IMG/VR virus record: IMGVR_UViG_3300032236_000656
Span: 8,694-72,693 of that record
Strand: one strand, 5' to 3'
Length of the DNA: 64,000 nucleotides
Source: a virus
The notes beneath the pieces were generated by a model. The model ran no database searches. It was not told the DNA's origin and was given only the letters and a program-made list of their open reading frames with translations. Every line of letters begins with the position of its first letter. Positions within the stretch are counted from its first letter, which is position 1. This document shows, in pieces, positions 48,101 to 57,339 of this stretch. The position numbers were made by a program, and so were the translations under genes.

Positions 48101-51100
48101 TGTATAAGTGTTGCCAGGCACAACAGTAATATTATTAACCCACGCTAAACCACCGCCGCCGCCACCGCCAGTTACACTAGTACCACTACAAGAGCCGCCA
48201 CCCCCACCTACTGCAACAGCACTAACACTTGTAACACCCGCAGGTGCAGTAAAGGTATATGTATATTGATTATTGACTGGTGTTGGTGCTACTATAGATC
48301 CAAAAGAACCCGATGCACCTGTAGGAGTATATAATTGTTGTCCTGTGGAAATGTAGTTTGTAGAAGTAGTTGATACAATAGATGCCAACGCTTGATTATT
48401 AGTTACCGTATCGGTTACTAGTACATAATCACCAACAATAGGAAATGTGCCCAATGTATTTGTTGTAATCGAACTAGATATTGTAGTATTTCCACTAACA
48501 GTTGTTTTATTAATGACTGAAGAAACACCCGATACTCTTGGACTAGAATTACCAACAGCAATTCTATTTGGATTATTAAAATAAGTCCAAGGTGTACTGA
48601 TATTAGAAAGCCTGTAAGTATTAGGAATTTGAACAGGAGTTTTTACAACTTCTATTCTCTTTTGTAAATTGTTTATATCAAATTTATAGTCCTCGCCAGG
48701 GATACTTGTTGGCATTTCAAATGGGAACCTTCTACCATATCTACCTCTTGCTAAAGTAGCATAATATAAATTCTCACGAGCAGTTTTTGGACTTGTATTT
48801 GTTATTAAGTTTGATTGAGGGAGTAAGTCTGCTCCCCATAACTGATATGCCCAAGCGTTGTTAATATTTAAATTTGATACACTTGTTGTTGCAACTGTAA
48901 TAGTTATTAATGGAAAATCTGCAGAATCTGCTAACAAAGTAGAAGGATATGATCTACCTTGACCCCATACAATCCTAACTGCGCCGCCAACACCACTGCC
49001 AGTAGAGCCACCGGCTCCGCCGCCATATGAAGTTCCTGAACCACCCGATCCTGCAACACCAGCAACCCCTTGTGCTCCTCCAGTACCAGTTGTACCGATT
49101 CCAAGTAAGCCAACGCCGCCGCCTGCTCCCCCTTGCACACCGCCACCGCCACCTGCGCCTGAATTAGCATCTCCATTGTTACCACTTAACGCACCCGATG
49201 CACCATCTCCGCCGCCTTGGCCACCGTTTCCTGCATAGCCGCCAGCGCCACCACCGCCTCCAGCGCCATAAGTACCAGCGTAACCACCTCTGCCGCCATT
49301 ACCGCCGCCATCACCAACATATGTGCCGCCGGAGTTACCACTATTAAGTGAAGAAGCAGTACCACCACCTCTACCTGCCACAGTAGTTGCATTAATAAAA
49401 TAACTAGTTCCGGCACTGGCACTGCCAAATACACCTCCGCCGCCAGTTACTACACTATATGTTTGCCCAGGCACAACTGTAATGTTATTTTTCCAACCAA
49501 GGCCGCCGCCACCGCCAGCAGTACCTGATATACCTGCGCCGCCTGCGCCACCAATAGCAACAGCACTAACACTTGTAACACCTGTTGGTGCAGTCCAAGT
49601 AAAGGTACCGGTACCAGTGTTTACTATGCTAGATCCAGTTGTTACGTTTGGATAAATTGCTACCGATTGTCCTGCGGGACTAACTGATGCACTTGAAATA
49701 CTGACTATCTGTGCCAATGCTTGATTGTTTGTTACTGTGTCTGTTATTAAAACATAATCATTCACAAAAGGTACAGTACCTAATGCAGCACCACTTAGTG
49801 TGGTTGTTACTGCACCTGTATTGGTTATAGTAAAACCACTTCCGCTATTGGCAGTACTATTATCAATTATAGTAGAATTTTGTAATGTTAATAAAACAGT
49901 TTCAGTGCCACCTAAAGCAGCAACATTTAGTCTAGCAGTCTGTTTAGTGCTCAATGGACCAAGTGGAGTAAAGTTACCTGTATAAACTGCTACGCCTTTA
50001 ACTACACGTAGATTAGAAATATATCCAGTTGTTAAAAAAGTTAACCCATTTATTCCATCAATTTGTAGAGCCTGCGAAGATACAGATATATTTTGTGCCA
50101 GTCCGCTAGAATAAACCTGACTTCCATTAGAATATAATCTTATTGTTCCGTTACTTCTTACAGCAGCAATATGATACCAAGTATTAGTGTTTCCTAACCC
50201 ACCGTTACTTTCAACAAACGTAGTTGTTGATCCATCTGATATGCCAAATCTTAGATTAGTTGCTGCTGTAGCACCTTGGGTAAATACCCATGCGCTAGTT
50301 GCTGCTGTTCCCGTCCATGGTCCAACAAATGCTGCTGATGTTGCGGCTGTTGTTATATAAACCCAACATTCTACAGTAAAATCACCAGTTCCAAATGCAA
50401 ATCCTATATTAGCAGGAACTGTTAGATATTGACTACTACCATTAAATGTACCATAATAAGTTAGCCCATTTGTAATATAATTTATGTTTGAACTAGGATT
50501 AAAGATGTTTAATACAGTATTGGATCCACTTATTGTTTGATATGTTACTGCGGTATTATTAAAAAGTCTTGGACTATTAGTTCCAACAGCAACCAAATTT
50601 GTATTAGCAGGATATGTCCAATAACTTGAATTAAAATCCGACAGTCGATAATTAACATCGATGTTAACAGGCAACTTAACAATTTCAAATTGCTTCTGTA
50701 GATTACTCGATTTTACTGTTTCAAATATTTGTGTGTTAGTATAAGGAACTTTTAATTTTAGTATGTTATTAACATCTAATACAATATCATCTCTAGGTGT
50801 TGGATTTTTGACGATATGAAGTTGTTTTTGTAAATTGTTTACATCATATAGAATGTTATCTCGTGGAGTTGGGTTTTTAACAACATGAAGTTGTTTCTGT
50901 AAATTAGTTACGTTATATACAACATTATCACGAGGGGTTGGATTAATGCTGATCGTTTTGAATTTAGATGGATATGTTACATCGAATAAAATATTATCAT
51001 TTGAATTTGGATTTTTAACAATAACAAGTTGTTTTTGTAAATTGTTTACGTCATATACAGTAGCATCTCTTGGAGTTGGGTTTTTAACAACATGAAGTTG

Positions 51101-52327
51101 TTTTTGGATATTGCTCAATGAAACTGTGTCAAATACCTGAGTTCGCAATTTTGAAAGTTTGAAGTTAGTTGGATATGTTATTAAATCAAATACACTAGCA
51201 TCAGCAGGCGTTGGGTTTTTGACTACTTCAATTTGTTTTTGTAAATTGAATACGTCAAATGTTACAGCATCGTTTCTATTTGGATTCTTAACAACTTCAA
51301 TACGTTTTTGTATATTTGAAACAATGCTATTTGCTCTATTAGGTGCAATTGTTAAACCTAACGCAGCAGGAGATATATCAAAGTTTGGCTGATATGAAGT
51401 AGCAGTTGACCCCGATTCTAATTGTGGCGCTGATATTAATGTAGTCCCAAACCCACTTGCAATTGTCCACACAGGATATACCGTCACATTGGCAGTATTT
51501 GATGCTGTAGTAAATGTTCCAGTTATACGTTGCCATCTAAGATCAGCAAATGTAATGCTACCACTTACCGTGCCACTATTATTAGTACTTAACGCTATAT
51601 TAGCAGTAGAAGGAGTTACACCAATAACTGTTGTTCCAGTTGTGACACCAGTAGCAGCAGTAACAGTCATGCCAACATAGATGCCGGCAGCATTGCCAAC
51701 AGTAACATAAGGTATACCACTTGTACCTGTTGCTGTAGTAATAACTGCAACATTAATATTCCCATAATAACTTGTTGGCGCAATTAAATTTGAACTATTA
51801 GTATTATCATATACACCAAATGTAGCAGCAGTAGCAGTTCCAATTTTAGCATAAAAACTAAATGTATATTGTGTACTACGAGATACTGAAATTGATTGAC
51901 CTAATGCTTGCGTGGCAGAACTACTAGTAACAGTATTATTACCAAAAGCATTATAGAAATTGTATGTACCAGACCCAGTTGATGTAAAATTTTTACTAAC
52001 TGTTATAGTTGTACTATTAATAGCAGTAACATAAGTGCCTGCTGGCAATCCAGTGCCGCTTATAGGTTGATTAATTGCTATACCTGTAGTTGATGTAACA
52101 GTAAAGGTATTTGTTCCTGTTGTGCCGCCTGTTAATAATGATTGCGATGCCACAGGAGTAATAGTAACATTTGTTTTAGACCAAGCAGCGTTACTTAAGT
52201 CCTGCGTGAATGTCAGTAAGTTTTTATATGTAGCACCTTGCACTGCTGCTGAATCAAACCCGGCAAAGTTAGTCAAATACTGTGTACTTGTACTAGAACC
52301 TGGTGCGGGAAAGATAGTGCTTGGCAT
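45143..52327 (-). CDS. Giant tail-fibre/adhesin-like virion protein (LamG and Gly-rich domains)
   Basis: 2394 aa; three LamG-like domains (FTVECW...WYHIAAVR...GYISNLR), two Gly-rich domains, repeats. Confidence 0.8.
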   Translation of the reverse strand: MPSTIFPAPGSSTSTQYLTNFAGFDSAAVQGATYKNLLTFTQDLSNAAWSKTNVTITPVASQSLLTGGTTGTNTFTVTSTTGIAINQPISGTGLPAGTYVTAINSTTITVSKNFTSTGSGTYNFYNAFGNNTVTSSSATQALGQSISVSRSTQYTFSFYAKIGTATAATFGVYDNTNSSNLIAPTSYYGNINVAVITTATGTSGIPYVTVGNAAGIYVGMTVTAATGVTTGTTVIGVTPSTANIALSTNNSGTVSGSITFADLRWQRITGTFTTASNTANVTVYPVWTIASGFGTTLISAPQLESGSTATSYQPNFDISPAALGLTIAPNRANSIVSNIQKRIEVVKNPNRNDAVTFDVFNLQKQIEVVKNPTPADASVFDLITYPTNFKLSKLRTQVFDTVSLSNIQKQLHVVKNPTPRDATVYDVNNLQKQLVIVKNPNSNDNILFDVTYPSKFKTISINPTPRDNVVYNVTNLQKQLHVVKNPTPRDNILYDVNNLQKQLHIVKNPTPRDDIVLDVNNILKLKVPYTNTQIFETVKSSNLQKQFEIVKLPVNIDVNYRLSDFNSSYWTYPANTNLVAVGTNSPRLFNNTAVTYQTISGSNTVLNIFNPSSNINYITNGLTYYGTFNGSSQYLTVPANIGFAFGTGDFTVECWVYITTAATSAAFVGPWTGTAATSAWVFTQGATAATNLRFGISDGSTTTFVESNGGLGNTNTWYHIAAVRSNGTIRLYSNGSQVYSSGLAQNISVSSQALQIDGINGLTFLTTGYISNLRVVKGVAVYTGNFTPLGPLSTKQTARLNVAALGGTETVLLTLQNSTIIDNSTANSGSGFTITNTGAVTTTLSGAALGTVPFVNDYVLITDTVTNNQALAQIVSISSASVSPAGQSVAIYPNVTTGSSIVNTGTGTFTWTAPTGVTSVSAVAIGGAGGAGISGTAGGGGGLGWKNNITVVPGQTYSVVTGGGGVFGSASAGTSYFINATTVAGRGGGTASSLNSGNSGGTYVGDGGGNGGRGGYAGTYGAGGGGGAGGYAGNGGQGGGDGASGALSGNNGDANSGAGGGGGVQGGAGGGVGLLGIGTTGTGGAQGVAGVAGSGGSGTSYGGGAGGSTGSGVGGAVRIVWGQGRSYPSTLLADSADFPLITITVATTSVSNLNINNAWAYQLWGADLLPQSNLITNTSPKTARENLYYATLARGRYGRRFPFEMPTSIPGEDYKFDINNLQKRIEVVKTPVQIPNTYRLSNISTPWTYFNNPNRIAVGNSSPRVSGVSSVINKTTVSGNTTISSSITTNTLGTFPIVGDYVLVTDTVTNNQALASIVSTTSTNYISTGQQLYTPTGASGSFGSIVAPTPVNNQYTYTFTAPAGVTSVSAVAVGGGGGSCSGTSVTGGGGGGGLAWVNNITVVPGNTYTVVVGGGGPVQNGAANASPGGDSYFINNTTVFGGGGGGGILNTGTAAGGTFTASNAYGTFGGGSGGTGGTASGGIGSGGGGGAGGYNGAGGNGGNGAYSTGTVTAGAASTGGGGGGGAGGGTNPAGAAPYGSGGGGGGVGVAPASITNGTGGAVATGTTYPANGGGGVGGSGGTASVTVPNGTHSGGSGGTYGGGAGSTDNQGGAGSPGTAGVGAVRIMWGTGRSFPSTLATDQTIVTSTQISITLASSDISNLNTANSWTYQIWEPDLYAQSNVLTNLSPQNARENLYYTTLARGRYGRRFPFESPVTINDNRAVTSITKFKEPATKNQTFDTPAADKLSIIDGTYWYDNTNKTVYDIIVGQASPKPAILYPTPVSQITSGTNTLLSFNNAVSNVNYMTLGPTYYGVFNANRLTIPSSLAFDLSSGTWTIEFWFYTLTNVTAGNQCRILLFGTNGTANSFYVALNPGGTISAYVPNGSPPGVTSATSAITTNIWYHVAVVCTAGTASIYINGTLSGGPTAITLPTASAVTLAIGYDTAANVNYQLNGYVSNLRIVKGVAAYTGNFTPQGPLSITQNTRTNVLALTGSETSLLTLQNSTFIDNAFYYLITYMNPSSPTYYGSFNGSSQYLYAPNAAGVAGYANDFTLEFWMYPTSFTGAPFGLTGQYRLANGRSWLITVGADGYIQVSNSILASGSYAGAASLNTWTHVAWVRSGSTWYLYINGYQQSNPAANGTPPASTENIIIGANGDSASPVWNFPGYISNFRIVKGQALYTQNFTPSGPLTTTSQGASASNVSLLTLQDATIIDKSINTFPITNTTSVTTTYNTPNNIITNVGTVTTTASTSVAGNVPPKVNDYLLLTDSITNNQALAPINSTIVSTTTSFIVSLASTYLTNLNINNIWTATLWDPEVIPQSLIRTNMPPTNTRENLYYATLLNGSSLIGSTNEPLYFDATQGIVTKFQTAALGKGVIDVAAKTVAPIQFWN
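50690..51320 (-). repeat. Degenerate ~23-aa coding repeats NLQKQLxVVKNPTPRDxxxYDV
   Basis: About 8-9 copies visible in the translation; boundaries approximate. Confidence 0.75.
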
Positions 52328-52341
52328 ATGAATATTTACCT

Positions 52342-52373
52342 AAAAAAATGGCTACTGGTTAAAGTAGCCATTT
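52342..52373 (-). terminator. Intrinsic terminator
   Basis: AATGGCTACT/AGTAGCCATT stem with a T-run on the - strand. Confidence 0.8.
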
Positions 52374-52391
52374 CATTAGTTTTCTTTTCAA

Positions 52392-55300
52392 TTAAGCAGG
52401 GAACGCATAACGGAAGTTGTTAACAAATAGACCGTTGGTGCTAGATGCCTGAATAGTATTATCTTCTAAACTTCTCCAAGACTGAGTAATCTGACCAGTG
52501 TTTGTTGTTAGTGTAAAGCGTGTAGTCTGAACTGGTATCTGACCTGGGTTAGTAGTAGTTAAAGTAATTGCTGGAGGAGTAGTAGTTACCCAGTGATCAG
52601 CAGCAGCAGAAGCTGTGTTATAGAAGAAGTTGCTGTCAACAGTAATTGATACAGTATCCATTAATGTTCCTAAACCACTCGGAAGAACCTTCAATCCAAA
52701 CAAACGTCCTCTAACGTCTGGATCGTATGCTGGACCAAGTACTACCACTGGGCTAAACATAAAGCGTTTTGCATTGTAGATGTTAGTGTACACTGGAACA
52801 ATCTGACCCATATGAATTTGAGGAAGGGCATTGATAACAGAAGTAAACAAGTTGGAAGTAGTAGTAATAGAACCACCAACTGATGCGTTGCTGTAAACAC
52901 CATGTGAACCAAATTCAACTACGTGACCCCAACGTCCTGTTGTAATTGTTAATGCTGAGTAAATGTGAGCATTGAAACCTACAAGATCTGAAACTGAGTT
53001 ACGTACTCTTGGAACAGAAATAACACAACCATGCACTGGATAGTTAGCAACACCAGCCTGAGGAAGTGTTGGAATCTGTTGAGCACCAGTTGGTAGTCTG
53101 TTTCCGTTAAAATAACCATAACATGGCCAAGGAGCAACACCAGGAGTGCTCTGAATTACGTTCTGACCAAAACCTGGAGTTGAGACTGGTGGGAACGTAC
53201 CTTGTGATAACTGAGAACCACCATAAGTACCACCAAAAGTAATACCTGAAGCTGTACCAGTACCTGTGCCAAGATCTTCTGGCTGCGCACGTTCAAATTC
53301 TAAACAACCTTGTAATTGTGTCTGAATGTTTGAAGAAGTTCTGCCTTGAATAGCAAGATAACGCTTATTGGCAAAAAGATATAAGAAGCCACCACTTACT
53401 TGTGACATTGCTGTAATATCACTTACACCATATAGTGAAGCAACATATGGGAAAGGACCAGTAATAGTTGAGGAACCCATAGTATAAGTTGATGCTGCTA
53501 AACCAGCAGTACCTGATGCTAATGCAGTCAGTACGTTAGGATAACCAGTCGATAGACCTTGTATACCCATACCAACTTGTAGTGAACCTGCTACTGGCTG
53601 TGTAAGTGTCATTGTAGTTGTACCGTTACCAGTACCCCAAATCATTGTGCCGCCACTCAAATCTGCTTGGTTGATGCCAACACCATGTGTTTGTGCATAA
53701 CTTGCTGACCAACGCTCATATACTGGAGTAGCATATGCACCAAAAGCAGTACCGATAGTAGCAGTACCAGTTGGAGTTACGTTGGTGCTTTGGAATAGTG
53801 GCCAGAAGCGGAAAGCAACATACTTACGATCATTTGAAGTGTTTAATAATGTAGTTGAACCCTGTTCTGCGCTGTAGTTCGGAGCACTGTAAACATATTC
53901 AATGAAGTCAGCACCAGTTGACGGATAAGCAATCTGTGGAGGATTAGCAGCCTGAACAAACAGGTTGTTCTTAAGTGGAGTTGCTAATGTAATAGTAGTA
54001 GTACCTGCTGTAGTATATGTATAAAGAGGTACACTTCTATAAATTGGACTTGCAACAGAAACAGTGGCAGTCTGCGATACAGTAAGTGAAGTATCTGAAG
54101 CAATAGCAGTAACAGTTAGATACTGTCCTGCTAGAATAATTTCAGCACCGACGTGTAATGATGAAGTAAAGTTAGTACCAACACCAGTAACAGTAGAAGT
54201 AGCACAAGTTGCTTGTCCTGCTAGTACTAATGGAGGACCACCGCCGCCACTAATCTTAACAAACTGATAAGGACCAACAACAGAAGAAGCAGCAGTAACA
54301 GTAATTGAAGTAGTGCCAACTGGATAGTTAGTACCAGTACCACCTGCTAATGTTGTAGCCTGTGACCATTTAAATAGACCAGTAGTAGTTGATGTGCCGC
54401 CTTCACGAGTACCTTCAAGTACGTATCCATGTAACTTTAACTTCTTGTAAAAAACAGATCCATTATAGAAGTTATAAGTGCCGCTTGCCTGAATGATGAA
54501 AGCATTACTTACAGTGATAGTAGTTGAACTTACTGCGGTAACATATGTTTCTGGACGTAGACCAACACCAGTAATTAACTGACCGACAGAAATATTAGAA
54601 GCACTGCTGACTACGAAAGTAGTAGCACCAGGAGCACCACCGCTTGAGTAAGTTGGACTTGCAGTAGCAGCAGCACCTGAGTTAGCAGCAGTTGTATGTG
54701 TAAAGTCATAGTTAACTTTAAACTGAGAGTCTGATACAATTTGTGTCACAGTTACTTCAGTACCGTCAATTATTAGATCGTCGCCAATACGTAAATCACT
54801 TGTAAACGCAGTAACAGCAGTAGAAGTACCTCTGTTCAATGTGCCGTTGATATATGAATCTTCACGTTTAAAGCTTGCCAAATATACTGGTTGACGTAAT
54901 ACACCAACCGCAGTACCTAATGTACCAAGAGAGTTAACATAATCAGTTACATAAGCGTTTAATGTATTACCTATACCAGTAATAGTACCACCAAAGCTGT
55001 TAAAGTTAAAAGTTCTAACTTCGTCGTTTACCCATACTTGATCTAACAAACTTGTTTGATACATGTATGGAGTACTTGTTGCTGCGTTAGTATTGTAATA
55101 ACCTAGATCCCAGAAGAAGTTAGTGTTAGTTCCTTGAATACTACCAACAGTTAATGTAGCAGCAGATATTGAAGCAGTAGTGGCCTGGTTAAATGTATAA
55201 CGACCAGCAGCGCCTGGAGTAGCAAAGTACACTGTGCCCGACACTGTACCAGTTAAGTTCTGACTTAGTGTAATTGTAAAGTTTGGTGATGTGCCAGTGA

Positions 55301-56534
55301 TACCAACAACATATGTACCAGCAGCAACACCAGAAACGATAGCACCGCTACCTGTTACCAGTTGACCAACAGTAATAGTACCAGTTTGAGAACCAGATGT
55401 TGTTAGAATATTAGTACCGTTAGTTCCTGCAACAGATGTGTTGTTTACAGTTGGACCAGTTGCCCAAACTTGGTTAAGAATATATGTACCGGCAGTGACG
55501 CTGGCAGCAGCATAAACAACAGCACCAGGAACAAATGGGTTAGTACCAGTAATAGTACCTGCAATATCAACAGTGGCGTTAGCAACACCACCAACAGTAG
55601 TAACAGATGTTGTCTGATAAATTGTACCACCAGCAGAAGTAGTGTTTGAAATAGTACCACGTGGATAAACTTTATAACGTAAGTTACTGTCAGTGAAATC
55701 CATTGCGAAGTTAACAGTCATTGAAGTGTTGCTGTTAATCGAAGTAATCTGACGGATACGACCGTTAATATTAATATAACGTCCTGAAGAACCGTTAGTT
55801 GCTTTGGCTAACGAAGCACCCGAAATGGCAATAGTTGGAGGAACAGTAACAGTGGCAGCAGTATCACTTGTTACAGTGGCAATAGTAAAGTAATACACAG
55901 CACCGTTAGTTAATGAAACTGCAATACTATCGCCTGGATATAAGCCGTTTACGTTACCCTGCTGAGATGAGAATAAAGTTGATGTACCAGTAATGTTGCC
56001 TGCTGTATCAATAGCAATTGTACCAGTTAAAGTAGCAGTTAATGTTACTGAGTTAGTTGCATCTGAGAGAAAGTAAGTACCAACACCGTTAACAGTAGTT
56101 GAACCGTTAGTAACATAAACTGTACCAGTAGTTGCACCTCTAACAGTTGTAGTTAGATACCCTGTAGTTTGAACAGGCTGTGTAGTGCTTATTGCTTTAA
56201 CTGCGCTAGGAAGTGTAATGGCAGGGCTAAATGAACCAGTAACAGTGAAGTTTTGATCACTTGATACGTTAGCAATAATTTTCTGTTGACCAGCAATCAT
56301 AATATAATCGCCAGCACGTGCCTGTGTATTCCAAATGGTACCACTTGTAGCACTACTGTTGCCCACTACAGCGTTTGCAGCAGTTACACCTGCTGAAACT
56401 GTAACACCTTGAAATGTATCGTTTCTAAACCATGTATCAACTGCTTGTAATGTTGGAAATAGGTCTGATCCTGAGGCAGATGGACCATATGTTACTGAAG
56501 CACTATTTCTTCCAAGTTCGTTTAGCGTTGCCAT
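52392..56534 (-). CDS. Large virion structural/tail protein
   Basis: 1380 aa, Thr/Gly-rich beta repeats; preceded by TATAAATA and SD GAGGAG. Confidence 0.75.
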   Translation of the reverse strand: MATLNELGRNSASVTYGPSASGSDLFPTLQAVDTWFRNDTFQGVTVSAGVTAANAVVGNSSATSGTIWNTQARAGDYIMIAGQQKIIANVSSDQNFTVTGSFSPAITLPSAVKAISTTQPVQTTGYLTTTVRGATTGTVYVTNGSTTVNGVGTYFLSDATNSVTLTATLTGTIAIDTAGNITGTSTLFSSQQGNVNGLYPGDSIAVSLTNGAVYYFTIATVTSDTAATVTVPPTIAISGASLAKATNGSSGRYININGRIRQITSINSNTSMTVNFAMDFTDSNLRYKVYPRGTISNTTSAGGTIYQTTSVTTVGGVANATVDIAGTITGTNPFVPGAVVYAAASVTAGTYILNQVWATGPTVNNTSVAGTNGTNILTTSGSQTGTITVGQLVTGSGAIVSGVAAGTYVVGITGTSPNFTITLSQNLTGTVSGTVYFATPGAAGRYTFNQATTASISAATLTVGSIQGTNTNFFWDLGYYNTNAATSTPYMYQTSLLDQVWVNDEVRTFNFNSFGGTITGIGNTLNAYVTDYVNSLGTLGTAVGVLRQPVYLASFKREDSYINGTLNRGTSTAVTAFTSDLRIGDDLIIDGTEVTVTQIVSDSQFKVNYDFTHTTAANSGAAATASPTYSSGGAPGATTFVVSSASNISVGQLITGVGLRPETYVTAVSSTTITVSNAFIIQASGTYNFYNGSVFYKKLKLHGYVLEGTREGGTSTTTGLFKWSQATTLAGGTGTNYPVGTTSITVTAASSVVGPYQFVKISGGGGPPLVLAGQATCATSTVTGVGTNFTSSLHVGAEIILAGQYLTVTAIASDTSLTVSQTATVSVASPIYRSVPLYTYTTAGTTTITLATPLKNNLFVQAANPPQIAYPSTGADFIEYVYSAPNYSAEQGSTTLLNTSNDRKYVAFRFWPLFQSTNVTPTGTATIGTAFGAYATPVYERWSASYAQTHGVGINQADLSGGTMIWGTGNGTTTMTLTQPVAGSLQVGMGIQGLSTGYPNVLTALASGTAGLAASTYTMGSSTITGPFPYVASLYGVSDITAMSQVSGGFLYLFANKRYLAIQGRTSSNIQTQLQGCLEFERAQPEDLGTGTGTASGITFGGTYGGSQLSQGTFPPVSTPGFGQNVIQSTPGVAPWPCYGYFNGNRLPTGAQQIPTLPQAGVANYPVHGCVISVPRVRNSVSDLVGFNAHIYSALTITTGRWGHVVEFGSHGVYSNASVGGSITTTSNLFTSVINALPQIHMGQIVPVYTNIYNAKRFMFSPVVVLGPAYDPDVRGRLFGLKVLPSGLGTLMDTVSITVDSNFFYNTASAAADHWVTTTPPAITLTTTNPGQIPVQTTRFTLTTNTGQITQSWRSLEDNTIQASSTNGLFVNNFRYAFPA

Positions 56535-56574
56535 TAAAAAATTCTCCTCAGACTAAAATCTGTTTATTTCAATA

Positions 56575-56582
56575 TATTTATA
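56575..56582 (-). promoter_or_regulatory. T4-type late promoter TATAAATA
   Basis: Exact T4 late consensus upstream of the 1380-aa gene. Confidence 0.7.
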
Positions 56583-56594
56583 CAGCAAATGAGT

Positions 56595-57305
56595 TTATAA
56601 ATTAATATTGTACAACGCCATGGAAAGATTAGTTCCATTTCCAGCAACAACATTCACAGTATAAGATTCACCAGGATATATCACATAATTCAAATCAGTA
56701 TACTTTGCATAATTTTGACCAGACGGAATTGTAAAAAATTGCAGAAACGAACCGCTATTATATAATCCAACTGTTAAGTCAGAAGATCTATTCACTCCAA
56801 CTGATAACACGACTGATTTAATAGTATCCTGCGCTGCGGGATAAAATCTTGCTGTACCCGGAAGTAATCCAAAATCACCTAATATGTTAAATGTTTTGAT
56901 TGGAGTAGCAGTACCAACTTGCCCTAAACTGACGAACACATTTCCGGTATCTTGAGTAGTAACAACTAATCCTGTTGATGCATCAAAATTAATAGAAGTA
57001 ACACTTGGAACTGTTTTAGTTACAGTACCAGCATTACCCAATGTGTTTCTTATAGTAAGACCAGATGCACTAGTGTTAATCCAAGTTGGATTGTTACTGC
57101 TATCTAATGCTAAAACTTGTCCATATGCCCCGCCTGAAGGAAATGGTTGAAGTGTTACTATACTTTCAGTGCCACCAACATCTTTTTTAAAGAATAATTT
57201 GCCATCATAGGTATTAAGTGCTAATTCACCAGCAGATAGTGATGTAGTAGCAGGTATGCTATTCGCAGTAGTACTGCGTTTTAATTTAATCGTAGTTGCT
57301 GTCAT
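56595..57305 (-). CDS. Tail-fibre-associated protein (Mtd N-terminal-like domain)
   Basis: IKLKRS...LSAGELALNTYDGKLF. Confidence 0.65.
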   Translation of the reverse strand: MTATTIKLKRSTTANSIPATTSLSAGELALNTYDGKLFFKKDVGGTESIVTLQPFPSGGAYGQVLALDSSNNPTWINTSASGLTIRNTLGNAGTVTKTVPSVTSINFDASTGLVVTTQDTGNVFVSLGQVGTATPIKTFNILGDFGLLPGTARFYPAAQDTIKSVVLSVGVNRSSDLTVGLYNSGSFLQFFTIPSGQNYAKYTDLNYVIYPGESYTVNVVAGNGTNLSMALYNINL

Positions 57306-57339
57306 AAAATGGCGCCTTTGGTGACGTCATATTTATTGA

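Noticed and set aside
47552-49434. Alternative-frame and antisense ORFs over the Gly-rich regions (and similar short shadow ORFs elsewhere, e.g. 4551-4925)
   Set aside because: By-products of low-complexity GC-rich codons in the real genes; no start signals
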